IMG/VR virus record: IMGVR_UViG_3300013307_000671
Span: 32,001-96,000 of that record
Length of the DNA stretch: 64,000 bases
Direction: 5' to 3' (one strand)
Source: a virus
Lineage: Duplodnaviria; Caudoviricetes
Part shown: in pieces, positions 49,908 through 59,289 of the stretch
How the letters are laid out: each line of letters starts with the position of its first letter
Position numbering within the stretch: the first letter of the stretch is position 1
Notes under the pieces: generated by a model
The model's database searches: none
What the model saw: only the letters and a program-made list of their open reading frames with translations
Told to the model about the DNA's origin: nothing
Translations under genes and position numbers: made by a program

Positions 49908-50582
49908 TTAATATCCTACGATATCGCGAACCTCAGCATGGAAGCTATTAGCTAAATCATACTGTGAAACTTTCACTTTTTTGCCAATGAAGTTTTTCGT
50001 GGTGTTAGGCACTGCTGCTACAACCTCAGCATACAGATCATCAGCAGAGCACTCTGTCAAGCCAGTAAAATTACTCCAGTTAGTTCCCTGAACTACACCA
50101 CCAACAAAACCTTTTTCAGCAAACAGCGTATTTACTGCTTTCACTTGATCTTCTGACAACTTACCGGTTTTCACTCGAACGTTCAACAACACCTGATTAC
50201 CAACCAGCTCAGCAATCTCCGCATCACGCTCTAGCTTGATTTCAGCCACAGCACGACCACGAACAGTCAGCGCATCACCATTAACTGATTTAATGCGATC
50301 TTCATCAGCTTTCAGTTTCGCAAGGAATGATTCGATATTTTTCATGTCTGTCTGATAATCAGAATGGATTAAACCTTTGTTGTTTTTTTCAACAATATCT
50401 TCCAGTGCATCAATCATGCTGACCGAGCAACCACAATAATCCTCATCAATCACATCCAGATCGAGATTTCGAGGCTCTTGAGTCTCACAATCCAGTTCAG
50501 CAACACGAGCGCGAATAGCAAGCTCAGCTTTAGCTAAAATAGAAATAATTTCAGAACGCAGAGCAGTATAAGACTTGGACAT
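49908..50582 (-). CDS. hypothetical protein (family with 33015 and 54870)
   Basis: NLDL....SVSMIDAL; VKTGKLSEDQ.K....FAEKGF. Confidence 0.75.
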   Translation of the reverse strand: MSKSYTALRSEIISILAKAELAIRARVAELDCETQEPRNLDLDVIDEDYCGCSVSMIDALEDIVEKNNKGLIHSDYQTDMKNIESFLAKLKADEDRIKSVNGDALTVRGRAVAEIKLERDAEIAELVGNQVLLNVRVKTGKLSEDQVKAVNTLFAEKGFVGGVVQGTNWSNFTGLTECSADDLYAEVVAAVPNTTKNFIGKKVKVSQYDLANSFHAEVRDIVGY

Positions 50583-50725
50583 GTTTTTTACCTTTTAGAG
50601 ATAGTGTTGAGAAACATCGTTTCAATAAGAAGCATCTTACCTAATGTTGACATTAAACGCAAGCTTTTTTCTTCATTACTGATAAACATGCTTAAAAAAA
50701 GCCGCCTCCCAGGACGGCTTTATCT

Positions 50726-50935
50726 TTAGGCTTTAACCTGTTCCGATTTGACCAACCATTCGCAAATCGTATAGTAGCCCGAAACTTCCTGACCTGATGG
50801 CGTGGTTAGTTTCATTTGACCTACCAGCTCAGGATCAACCTTGTCACAAAGGTAATCCAGCGCATCGTTAGCACTGCCCAAAATCTCTTCAATCTCACCA
50901 TCGTCAACCGTTACAATGCTCAACTTAAAGCCCAT
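50726..50935 (-). CDS. small acidic protein
   Basis: GAGGAG RBS; ATTGAAAC leader promoter. Confidence 0.65.
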   Translation of the reverse strand: MGFKLSIVTVDDGEIEEILGSANDALDYLCDKVDPELVGQMKLTTPSGQEVSGYYTICEWLVKSEQVKA

Positions 50936-51042
50936 TTTGATCTCCTCTTTTTAAGATAATCATGTCGTTTCAATAAAGTAAGTATAGCAAAAACCTTGAT
51001 CATGCACAAGTTTTCGATTACTTTTTTTAAATAGGAGCGCAC

Positions 51043-51218
51043 ATGAACTGGAAACAAATCAAAGAACAACAACTTAGCATAACACTCCCACTTTATGATA
51101 TTGAATGGTTAAAAAATATTTAAAAGACAATGATATAGACCAAGATGAATATGAAATTGAAACCCGTTAAACCATTGCTGATTATGAAGGTGGAATAATA
51201 TTCTGCTATCCATTTTAA
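51043..51218 (+). pseudogene. probable decayed small gene
   Basis: AGGAG RBS + MNWKQIKEQ...; frameshift in an A-run and an in-frame TAA. Confidence 0.4.
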
Positions 51219-51278
51219 ATAATTCTTTATTTTAAAAGGCTCCTTTGATATAATAATATCACTAAAACGGGAGGCTCT

Positions 51279-51638
51279 ATGGATATTCAATCTTTTTTAG
51301 ACAAAGCAAATACAACTTTCGACCCTTTTATTTTTGAATCCGGCCAATGTCATACTTTTGCCTTAGCTTTTAAAAAGCGTTTTGGCGGACAACTTTTTGC
51401 CCTTATGCGTCGAGATGCTGAAGACGGCCTCGAATGGTATTCTCATATGATTGTTTTCTTGGATAATGAATGCTTCGATATTCATGGCAAAGATGCCGAT
51501 GAGTTATGGTGTGAGAACTTTCCTGAAGATGATGAGTTTGATGATATCCTTATCGAAGAAGATGGCCTTGATGATTTTCTTGCAAATTTCGAGTGCTCTA
51601 TTAATAAAAACATTTTAGAACAACTTTTAAACCTTTAA
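51279..51638 (+). CDS. acidic putative Cys-His-Asp protein (related to 36659)
   Basis: FESGQCHTFA ... HM ... FDIHG; GGAGG RBS. Confidence 0.6.
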   Translation: MDIQSFLDKANTTFDPFIFESGQCHTFALAFKKRFGGQLFALMRRDAEDGLEWYSHMIVFLDNECFDIHGKDADELWCENFPEDDEFDDILIEEDGLDDFLANFECSINKNILEQLLNL

Positions 51639-51670
51639 TAAAAAAGCCTCTCTTGAGGCTTTTTTATTGC

Positions 51671-52138
51671 TTAACGCATTCTTGGGCGACTAGCCGAAAC
51701 CTGCTCAGCATTGTCCAAATCCATTAGCTTACTGAAATATTCTACCATATTTTTATTTTTGAAATCAGGATGCTGAGAAATATAGTTAAACGCATTCAGT
51801 AATATTGAAAACTCAACAAAATTCTTTGATTCTGAACGCACAATACCTTCCGAGCGATAAGCGCCATAGAAACCAGCAAGCGGATCATGCACGGCTTTGG
51901 CTCGGCTTACCACAACCGTAGCATCTTTCTCAGTTTTACCTTTATAGTTAACAGAGATCGCAAGACTATCACGACTACCATCCTGCAGGTTCAGGATAAG
52001 CACGTAATCATCTTTCTCGCTTTTGTTCTCATGACGAGCCGCTGAGGTATTGAACTCCTTGAACTTGAACAACGGATTATGCTTTAACACGCGCAGCTTA
52101 CCGTTGAGCTTTTTCATCACATCTGACTTTTGTTCCAT
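51671..52138 (-). CDS. hypothetical protein with C-terminal ..VSASRPRMR tail
   Basis: 155 aa, AAGGA RBS. Confidence 0.75.
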   Translation of the reverse strand: MEQKSDVMKKLNGKLRVLKHNPLFKFKEFNTSAARHENKSEKDDYVLILNLQDGSRDSLAISVNYKGKTEKDATVVVSRAKAVHDPLAGFYGAYRSEGIVRSESKNFVEFSILLNAFNYISQHPDFKNKNMVEYFSKLMDLDNAEQVSASRPRMR

Positions 52139-52227
52139 TTTACTTTCCTTTTAGCAGTTAATAATCCATTATAACGCCAATAAATGGAATGCACAATCTT
52201 TTTATAAAAAAAAGGCCCTGAAAGGCC

Positions 52228-52668
52228 TTATCTGATTTTGATGAGTATATTCATATTCTCAAAATCCTGAGAATATGTCTTCTCTGGCACCATGACGAAT
52301 CTCTGCATGATATTACGCCTACTGATTTCAGGAACTTCAATAATATCATAACCACCTTTAAATGTCTGATACTTTATTTTTTCATATGACATTATGAGAG
52401 ACATAAATACTTTATCAGGACTTTTAAAATCTTTTACACCTTGATAATCAAATGAAAACTCGCCTCCTTGCGAATCTGTTAATTCTATGACAAAGTGGTC
52501 TGAACATTTCTCAACACGTCTAACAACAACCTTTTTCCCATCTTTAATCAAAACATCTACAAAACAGCTTTTTGATTGCGCTTCTAACTTATCTCGTGTC
52601 TGGATTTCGGCTTTTTGAGCGCAGGCCGATAGAAAAAAGGCTATGCACAGTAATAATACTTTTTTCAC
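52228..52668 (-). CDS. putative lipoprotein
   Basis: MKK + hydrophobic + LSAC lipobox. Confidence 0.65.
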   Translation of the reverse strand: MKKVLLLCIAFFLSACAQKAEIQTRDKLEAQSKSCFVDVLIKDGKKVVVRRVEKCSDHFVIELTDSQGGEFSFDYQGVKDFKSPDKVFMSLIMSYEKIKYQTFKGGYDIIEVPEISRRNIMQRFVMVPEKTYSQDFENMNILIKIR

Positions 52669-52675
52669 AAATGCC

Positions 52676-53176
52676 TCATTTTGTTAAGTAGTTAACATCG
52701 ATTTTTTCTGAACCGATAATTGATTTTACTTGCTCAAACATCGCCTTAGCCGGAGCCAAAATCTCAGAAGCCTCTTTTGAATCACTCCGCTCACCAAAGT
52801 TCACGCATAAACGCAGATGAGAAAGAATCATGTATAACACTTCCGTCATCTGAGTGTCCGGCGTATTTCCAATATATTCAATGATCGCAGGATAGCCATC
52901 GATATTCCGCTCTTTGCTATCAGGCAAGCCATATTCGACCAATAACTCCTGAAGCTCAAGACCATAAAAATAGCCCAACCCCATAGCATCAAAAACCATA
53001 CTCATGGAGTTATCATTCATTGATTTAAAACTTTTCGCACTGCTAAGAAGAAGCATAGAAATATCCCGCTCAACTTTTGTGCCGCCCGCCAGTTTTTCAA
53101 GCCATGCTTTTTTTTCAATCAGCGCTGCCCTCTGAGCATCATTTAAAAAAGCAAGCCTTTCTTCTTTTGTATACAT
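52676..53176 (-). CDS. hypothetical protein
   Basis: AAGGAG RBS. Confidence 0.7.
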   Translation of the reverse strand: MYTKEERLAFLNDAQRAALIEKKAWLEKLAGGTKVERDISMLLLSSAKSFKSMNDNSMSMVFDAMGLGYFYGLELQELLVEYGLPDSKERNIDGYPAIIEYIGNTPDTQMTEVLYMILSHLRLCVNFGERSDSKEASEILAPAKAMFEQVKSIIGSEKIDVNYLTK

Positions 53177-53215
53177 TTACACTCCTTTAAATAGAAACAG
53201 CCACCTACTGGTGGC

Positions 53216-53776
53216 TTATTGAGGTATAGCTGTCAAATGCGGATAAAACACTGTCAGCTTATTTCTCTCGAACTCACAAACATCATCCATGCTGAAATAG
53301 AGATCGTAAAACTCAACATGGATTTCTCCACGACGTGCATACTTTTCACACGCTTGCTTGAACTCTTCCTCAAATGTCTTTTGACTGTCAATCTCAACAG
53401 GGATAAAACGGATATTAAAATCGTCCTCAGTATCCGGCAAATACTCCCGCTTTTCCATCATAAAGAGATTGCCACCGCGCTCACCAATCTTAATCGGCTC
53501 TACCGAATCCAAATCAATAATGTCAGGCTCTTTGATTTTATAGTTAAACTGGCCCCAGCCTTGCTCTAAAACATCCTCAAGACGAACGCTAACACCACAC
53601 ACATCAATGAAATCATTGCTCTCAATATCCTTACCTGTTGCCATGAAAGCATACAGCTTTTCATAAAGCTCAAGAATAAAGGTATCAGGATCTACAGCCA
53701 ACAATACGACATGCGGCGAGTAAAGCAGCATCTCACCTTCTAATCGATATTCCTGAACAAAATATGAACGCGACAT
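53216..53776 (-). CDS. acidic hypothetical protein
   Basis: GAGG RBS. Confidence 0.7.
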   Translation of the reverse strand: MSRSYFVQEYRLEGEMLLYSPHVVLLAVDPDTFILELYEKLYAFMATGKDIESNDFIDVCGVSVRLEDVLEQGWGQFNYKIKEPDIIDLDSVEPIKIGERGGNLFMMEKREYLPDTEDDFNIRFIPVEIDSQKTFEEEFKQACEKYARRGEIHVEFYDLYFSMDDVCEFERNKLTVFYPHLTAIPQ

Positions 53777-53863
53777 TTTTAGACCTCATGGTTTATTTGT
53801 TGCCATTATACAGAAACTCTTTATGATATACAATAAAAAGCCACCCGAAGGTGGCTTTCTGTA

Positions 53864-54748
53864 TTAATGAGCTTTTCGCCCCATCATTTTTAGCACCAGA
53901 TCATGAATCAACACAACTACAATACCCACTACCAAAGCCACTACCGCATTTCCGCCCATTGAGACCAAAGAACCCGCCCAGCCTGCCGGAGAAATATGCG
54001 TGATAAACTCAGCAACCGGATGAAGGCCATGAACAATGATGCCACCACCCACCAAAAACATCGCCACCAGACCAATCAGCGACAGGGCTTTCATCAACCA
54101 CGGCACCACGTTAATAAAACCACGACCAACCAGCTTTGCCACCGCTGATTTTTTAGCATCCAGCCAGAAACCAATATCATCCAGTTTTACGATCAGAGCC
54201 ACAATACCATACACAAATACGGTAAAGCCTACGCCTAAAATACTCAGTGCGATGATCTTCTGCAGCAGCGGATAAGCGCTAATTGCACTTAAGGAAATCA
54301 CAATAATCTCAGCCGAAAGAATAAAGTCAGTTCTGACCGCGCCTTTAATCTTTTTCTTCTCTTGCTTGAGCATCTCTTCTTTAGAAAGCTCCAGGTTTGC
54401 AAGATGTTGCTCCTGATGCGCCTGAACCTTTTCTTTATGGAAAAACTTCTCTTTGAGGTTTTCCACACCTTCAAAACATAAGAAGGCACCACCTACCATC
54501 AGCAGAGGGATCATTAACCACGGCGCAAATACGCTAATCAGCAGTGCAGCAGGCACCAGAATCAGCTTGTTAATCAGCGATCCCTTAAATACACCCCACA
54601 CCACAGGAAGCTCACGATTGGGCTTGACGCCAGAGACCTGCTCAGCATTTAACGCAAGGTCATCACCTAACACACCGACCGTCTTACTCGCCGCCGTCTT
54701 AGTCATCGTCAGAATGTCATCCAGAACCATTAACAGTCCACCAACCAT
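53864..54748 (-). CDS. DUF808 (YedI-like) inner-membrane protein
   Basis: LDDI..MTK.A..KT.GVLGDDLALNAEQV.G....RELPVVW; GA.RTDFILSAEII. Confidence 0.9.
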   Translation of the reverse strand: MVGGLLMVLDDILTMTKTAASKTVGVLGDDLALNAEQVSGVKPNRELPVVWGVFKGSLINKLILVPAALLISVFAPWLMIPLLMVGGAFLCFEGVENLKEKFFHKEKVQAHQEQHLANLELSKEEMLKQEKKKIKGAVRTDFILSAEIIVISLSAISAYPLLQKIIALSILGVGFTVFVYGIVALIVKLDDIGFWLDAKKSAVAKLVGRGFINVVPWLMKALSLIGLVAMFLVGGGIIVHGLHPVAEFITHISPAGWAGSLVSMGGNAVVALVVGIVVVLIHDLVLKMMGRKAH

Positions 54749-54869
54749 TTGCTTTTCCTCAGTTATTTAAGTCCAGTGATTATAGCGAAACTTAAACGAA
54801 AAGACAACAAGATTTACGTTTCTACAAATAAAAAAGACCGCAGAGCGGTCTTTTCTTTATTAACGTGTT

Positions 54870-55535
54870 TTACAGGAAATAATGCTTCCCTTCGAGGAAA
54901 GTTTTCACGCCCACGGTTGATGTGGAGATGTTAGAGATAAAATTGCGATCATCAGTAACCTTACCTTCCAGTTTACTGAACACCACATGAGACAAGCTCT
55001 TAAGACCACGCTTATCATGCAGGCGACCCACAAAACGATAAAACTGACCTTCATGTGATTCCGTCATCGGGAAGCCTTCATCCGCCATCACTTTAAGCAG
55101 TTTCTTTTCCTGCTCTTTGTCCAGCTTGCCAACTTTGATAGCGACAATGCGCAGTTCGTTGAAATCAACCGCATCACCTAACTCTTTTGCAGTTTTCTGA
55201 GTCAGCTTGTCGATTTTCACGTTCAGATCTTTCAGTGCTTCGCGGCGGTCATCTTCACCTACACGAACACGCACTTCCAGCGAAGACAGAACTTTATCCA
55301 GCGACTCAAAATCCTGCTTCATTGAAACTGGCACCACGACGCGCTTACGCAATACATTCAGAATATCCAGCAAAGAAGTAGACTCACCTTCTTCCGCATC
55401 AGAATCAGTCATGTAAATATCCAGATTCTTAGCCAGCTTTTGATCCATTTCCTTATCAAGTGATTTTCTCATTTCGTTCACTTGTGAGTGATACTCAGAA
55501 CGTTTTTCACGCATAAAAGCCAGAAGTGATTGCAT
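54870..55535 (-). CDS. hypothetical protein (family with 33015 and 49908)
   Basis: KNLDI....STSLLDIL; IKVGKLDKEQ.K....MADEGF. Confidence 0.75.
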   Translation of the reverse strand: MQSLLAFMREKRSEYHSQVNEMRKSLDKEMDQKLAKNLDIYMTDSDAEEGESTSLLDILNVLRKRVVVPVSMKQDFESLDKVLSSLEVRVRVGEDDRREALKDLNVKIDKLTQKTAKELGDAVDFNELRIVAIKVGKLDKEQEKKLLKVMADEGFPMTESHEGQFYRFVGRLHDKRGLKSLSHVVFSKLEGKVTDDRNFISNISTSTVGVKTFLEGKHYFL

Positions 55536-55591
55536 TTTATTTTACCTTGTTTGTTAAATTGAAAGCATTATAGCAACAACGTATTTTCACA

Positions 55592-55897
55592 TCAAGCGAT
55601 TTTATCGCCCCACTCGTTAAATGTTATCTCCATCTTACTCTCCCGGCTTATCTGAACACCTGAAAGATAATCACTTAAAGTTGAAAGCCCTTTGTCAAAA
55701 AGCTCCTGACCGCTTAGTAAAACATGCGTCTTTTTCAGCTTTTTTTCACGACGATTAAGCTTAATAGACATCTTTTTGACCAGTTCTTTCTTTATGAGAT
55801 CGTAGTGCTCATTTTGCGAGGAATCCAGAACCTGATAAAGCACATTTGCCCAACCACCACACTCTTGCTGCAGCAAAACACTAATGGACAGTTTCAT
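55592..55897 (-). CDS. hypothetical protein
   Basis: GAGG RBS. Confidence 0.6.
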   Translation of the reverse strand: MKLSISVLLQQECGGWANVLYQVLDSSQNEHYDLIKKELVKKMSIKLNRREKKLKKTHVLLSGQELFDKGLSTLSDYLSGVQISRESKMEITFNEWGDKIA

Positions 55898-55991
55898 GAT
55901 TCTACCTCTCTGATTTCGATACCTTCATTATACAAAATCAGGCTATCGCCACAAATAGGATTTATTTATATCTTATGCCGATTTATACATT

Positions 55992-56013
55992 AAAAAACCG
56001 CCCGGAGGCGGCT
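55992..56013 (-). terminator. CCGCC-CGGA-GGCGG family terminator
   Basis: AAAAAACCGCCCGGAGGCGGCT. Confidence 0.85.
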
Positions 56014-56311
56014 ATTTCATTAATGTTTTAAGACTCTCAAACAGCGATTTTGCTTCCTTTTCATAATTAACTGAATCCGCAAGCAGCAGAGAGTTGGCGG
56101 TTTTACCTTTATATCCTAACTCTTTACGTAAAATATGCTCACTGATCCAATCAAGATGAATAGTGTCTTCATGACGCAACTTATCAAATCTTCCAAACCA
56201 AAACATCTTTACATTATAAGTAAAGCTTGCTTCTCCGCGAATAAGATTTTCACTGATATATTGCGCTACATTTGAAGGTAAATCATTTTTATTCAACATA
56301 TTTCCTCTCAT
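56012..56311 (-). CDS. hypothetical protein
   Basis: GAGG before MLNKN. Confidence 0.6.
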   Translation of the reverse strand: MRGNMLNKNDLPSNVAQYISENLIRGEASFTYNVKMFWFGRFDKLRHEDTIHLDWISEHILRKELGYKGKTANSLLLADSVNYEKEAKSLFESLKTLMK

Positions 56312-56352
56312 TTATGCTTATGACCATTTAAAAGCTGCCTTTGGGCAGCTTC

Positions 56353-56685
56353 TTAGAGAAATACAAGGTGAGAGTTTGCCTGAATATTGAGGCATGACTC
56401 CCAATCAGCAATATTCCCACGGATACCCGCAGCAACCTTATTAACGCCAGCAGGCTTGAAGATATCACCATTTTCATCAATAAACATCACGATGGATTTA
56501 TTCTCGTTAGTGCTATACCAGATCTTGAGATACTTCCGGCCCATCTCAATCTCATAGCGCTTGTTGAGCCACTTCTTGTACTCATCCAGACTCACACCAT
56601 GCTTATCCGCCTGCTTCTGAAGGTAAGCATCCGTCTTTTGATTTAAAGACTCAACCATCTCTGACGCCATTTTTAAGATCTGCAT
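56353..56685 (-). CDS. phage-type hypothetical protein
   Basis: GRKYLKI......S...FID..GDI.KPA......GIRGNI. Confidence 0.7.
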   Translation of the reverse strand: MQILKMASEMVESLNQKTDAYLQKQADKHGVSLDEYKKWLNKRYEIEMGRKYLKIWYSTNENKSIVMFIDENGDIFKPAGVNKVAAGIRGNIADWESCLNIQANSHLVFL

Positions 56686-56756
56686 ATCCGTTCTCTTAGT
56701 GATTTATCTTGTGATATGAGCCTATTATATCTCAAGCCCACAATAAAGACAACAAT

Positions 56757-56999
56757 TTAAGGCAGGTAATAACCGTGTTCTTGCGAATAGTGTGCACCTA
56801 ACGCTTTAGGAGATTCCCAAGGCAGTACGACATTTTGACCTGTTTCTGAGTTAACACCATGACTCACGATCTCCTCAACACGTCCGGTTTTCTCATTTTT
56901 TTCTTTAACAACATACAGGAATATCATAGCGACCTCAGTAGTTTTACAAGATAACGCATTATAACTGACAATAAAGTAATGTGCTATAAAAATATCCAA
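56757..56999 (-). CDS. hypothetical protein
   Basis: probable start MIFLY after GAGG. Confidence 0.55.
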   Translation of the reverse strand: MDIFIAHYFIVSYNALSCKTTEVAMIFLYVVKEKNEKTGRVEEIVSHGVNSETGQNVVLPWESPKALGAHYSQEHGYYLP

Positions 57000-57055
57000 A
57001 CTTTACAGAGCCTGAATCTGCATGATAGACTGACTTTAAGGCACAAGGAGAAACC

Positions 57056-57298
57056 ATGAACGCATCAGATAGCAAACAACTTAACATCGCTATAGACATC
57101 TTCAGGCGCGATCCTGAGAGGCTTAAAGACTTGTTTATGACCGGACGACTGAGATTATCCTCAGAGCCAATGTATGTGCTTTATCTTCACTATATAGCAA
57201 ACATCAGCTTTAAAGATATTGCCTATGATGAGCGTGCTGATGAAATAATAAAGAACATTGCCAAACGGTTTTTAGCCATTAAAAAAGCCACTTTATAG
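57056..57298 (+). CDS. hypothetical protein
   Basis: AAGGAG RBS, bidirectional terminator downstream. Confidence 0.65.
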   Translation: MNASDSKQLNIAIDIFRRDPERLKDLFMTGRLRLSSEPMYVLYLHYIANISFKDIAYDERADEIIKNIAKRFLAIKKATL

Positions 57299-57307
57299 TG
57301 GCTTCCT

Positions 57308-57757
57308 TTATTTTAAAATTAATTTTACATTGAAGCTGTCAAGAGGAATATCTTCATTAACTGATAGCTCACCACCGGGCAAAGATACATATTTTTCCTT
57401 GCTCAGGCGTTCTTTAAAATTCTCGTCTGATTTAATATTCGCAATTAACTCATCCAAAGGATAATCATTTTTTAACACTGCCCGATCAATTCCTTCCAGA
57501 TAACGCAACACAGTATCAACTTTAGTCTCCCCATCAAAAATCTCAACAGTCGCCCCAAACATATTAAAGCCGGACTCTTTATGTTTATCAAAATCCCTGA
57601 TATAGGAATCAATCACAATATAGAGAGTGCGAGGCTGAGCTAAAGCATTCTGATAGACACTCTTTTTCTCAATCAGCTCAGCAAGCAAGTTCTCTGCTGA
57701 TCCTGTTATTTTTCCTGTTTTTAATGAGGAAATCAAATCATCAATATCATAACTCAT
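57308..57757 (-). CDS. hypothetical protein (family with 47447 and 49315)
   Basis: ISSLK.GKITG.A, GETKVDTVLR. Confidence 0.75.
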   Translation of the reverse strand: MSYDIDDLISSLKTGKITGSAENLLAELIEKKSVYQNALAQPRTLYIVIDSYIRDFDKHKESGFNMFGATVEIFDGETKVDTVLRYLEGIDRAVLKNDYPLDELIANIKSDENFKERLSKEKYVSLPGGELSVNEDIPLDSFNVKLILK

Positions 57758-57960
57758 TTAGCACCTTCCTCTGTTTCTTTAGAGTAAGATTTCGCCTTGT
57801 ATCGCTCTTTTCCTGTTCCATTACAGGAGCCACAGGCAGGCGACCCATTCGCATCATAACGACCGCTTCCCGCACAAGCACCACACTTACGCAGCTTATA
57901 ACCATAAACAAAGCGATGATATTCATCTGTACGACGTTGTTTGCGCTCATGGAAGTTCAT
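57754..57960 (-). CDS. DnaJ-type zinc-finger mini-protein
   Basis: CGACAGSG ... CGSCNGTG. Confidence 0.75.
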   Translation of the reverse strand: MNFHERKQRRTDEYHRFVYGYKLRKCGACAGSGRYDANGSPACGSCNGTGKERYKAKSYSKETEEGAK

Positions 57961-57968
57961 AGCAGCCC

Positions 57969-58172
57969 TTAAATGATAAACTTAACAAACTCAGGCTTTT
58001 TCTCATTGGCTTCAAAAACTTCCGCCGAGTATTCCTGAATGGTCTTACGCGCATCTTTCACGCAGTTTTTACCTGTAGCCTTGTGCTCATTCTCAGAACG
58101 ACCGCAATGCTTACACTTATAGCCAACAAAGTAGCCGCGACCTTCAACCTTCTCATACATCTTATATGTCAT
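57969..58172 (-). CDS. small Cys/His protein
   Basis: CKHCGR...EH....C. Confidence 0.65.
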   Translation of the reverse strand: MTYKMYEKVEGRGYFVGYKCKHCGRSENEHKATGKNCVKDARKTIQEYSAEVFEANEKKPEFVKFII

Positions 58173-58270
58173 TTTGATTTATCCTTTGTAAGCAGTGAAT
58201 CTATTATATGACAACAATACCTCGCACGCAACAAAAAAGCCACCCGAAGGCAGCTTTTTATTGTTTTCTG

Positions 58271-58423
58271 TTATGTGCCGCTTATGTCGTAATACTCGGT
58301 TCGACCATCAAAAAAACCTTTATCGTATTCTTCCTGATCAAAGGCATTATCAAACATCTGCTTTTCTTTGAAGCTGAATCCATCGCGAAAGCCTTTATGC
58401 CAATGAGATTCTTGCGTTTTCAT
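58271..58423 (-). CDS. small protein (50 aa, not in ORF track)
   Basis: MKTQESHWHKGFRDG...YDKGFFDG; GAGGA RBS. Confidence 0.5.
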   Translation of the reverse strand: MKTQESHWHKGFRDGFSFKEKQMFDNAFDQEEYDKGFFDGRTEYYDISGT

Positions 58424-58475
58424 GCTTTTATCCTCTTACAGCCTGAGCGCGTATTAAAAAGTAATCTTGACGTTT

Positions 58476-58880
58476 TTAAATCAGTTCTTCTTCCAGTGCT
58501 GCCTTAAGAGGCACATCTTCATAATCGCGACCGCTTACCAGCCACTGCTCGCCATCCCATACATAAAGATACTCCTGCTCGTCAATGACTTCATCAGAAA
58601 CACGCATCTTAATGCTTTCTTCATCCATCAGGCGATCACGCGCATAATATACACTGTAGCCCTTAACTGGAGTGTCAAAGCTATGATTGCTTCCCGGCGT
58701 ATCACAGCTCTTATCGATATAAGACAGAGCACCACCAGAAACCAGCTTCTCAGCAAGCTCCTGTGAGTTGTAATGCTCCAAAAGCATCTTGCCGTTAGCA
58801 CTCAAATAACCGTTATTGTGGCAATACACCACATGATACTTATCACCTACTTTAACATTGATGTTTGAACGCGTTGCCAT
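58476..58880 (-). CDS. widespread MGE hypothetical protein (TRS..YCH..GY family)
   Basis: MATRSNI...VYCHNNGY....G..L.EHYN...EYLYVW. Confidence 0.75.
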   Translation of the reverse strand: MATRSNINVKVGDKYHVVYCHNNGYLSANGKMLLEHYNSQELAEKLVSGGALSYIDKSCDTPGSNHSFDTPVKGYSVYYARDRLMDEESIKMRVSDEVIDEQEYLYVWDGEQWLVSGRDYEDVPLKAALEEELI

Positions 58881-58942
58881 GATGCTTCCTCGTCAGAATG
58901 TAAAATGCATGATAACAGATCTCGCTATCATGCACCAGATAA

Positions 58943-59269
58943 TTATAGCTTAGTTGCTAATGTATCATACTGGAGGTATTCACCCGGCAAAGCTGGACGA
59001 TAACAGACATTCCCCCGCATTTTATATCCCTGAGTCACATTATTATCACAAACTTCCTGATTGGATTGCCGAGAATGCTCAGAATAGATCCAGGTTCCAA
59101 CGTGAGTCAAAACAGTAATAAAAATTAGAAGAGCAATACTTAGACGAAAATCCTTCTTATTCTCACGAGCCTTTTTCGAAAAAGCACCCGTTAACAAGCC
59201 ATAAAAAGAAAAAAGTGCGACATAAACAAGAAAGTAATACAGACTATGAAGAGTAAAAAGATTATACAT
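58943..59269 (-). CDS. membrane protein
   Basis: two TM-like segments, AAGGA RBS. Confidence 0.6.
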   Translation of the reverse strand: MYNLFTLHSLYYFLVYVALFSFYGLLTGAFSKKARENKKDFRLSIALLIFITVLTHVGTWIYSEHSRQSNQEVCDNNVTQGYKMRGNVCYRPALPGEYLQYDTLATKL

Positions 59270-59289
59270 TTTTTATCCTTGATTAAGAG

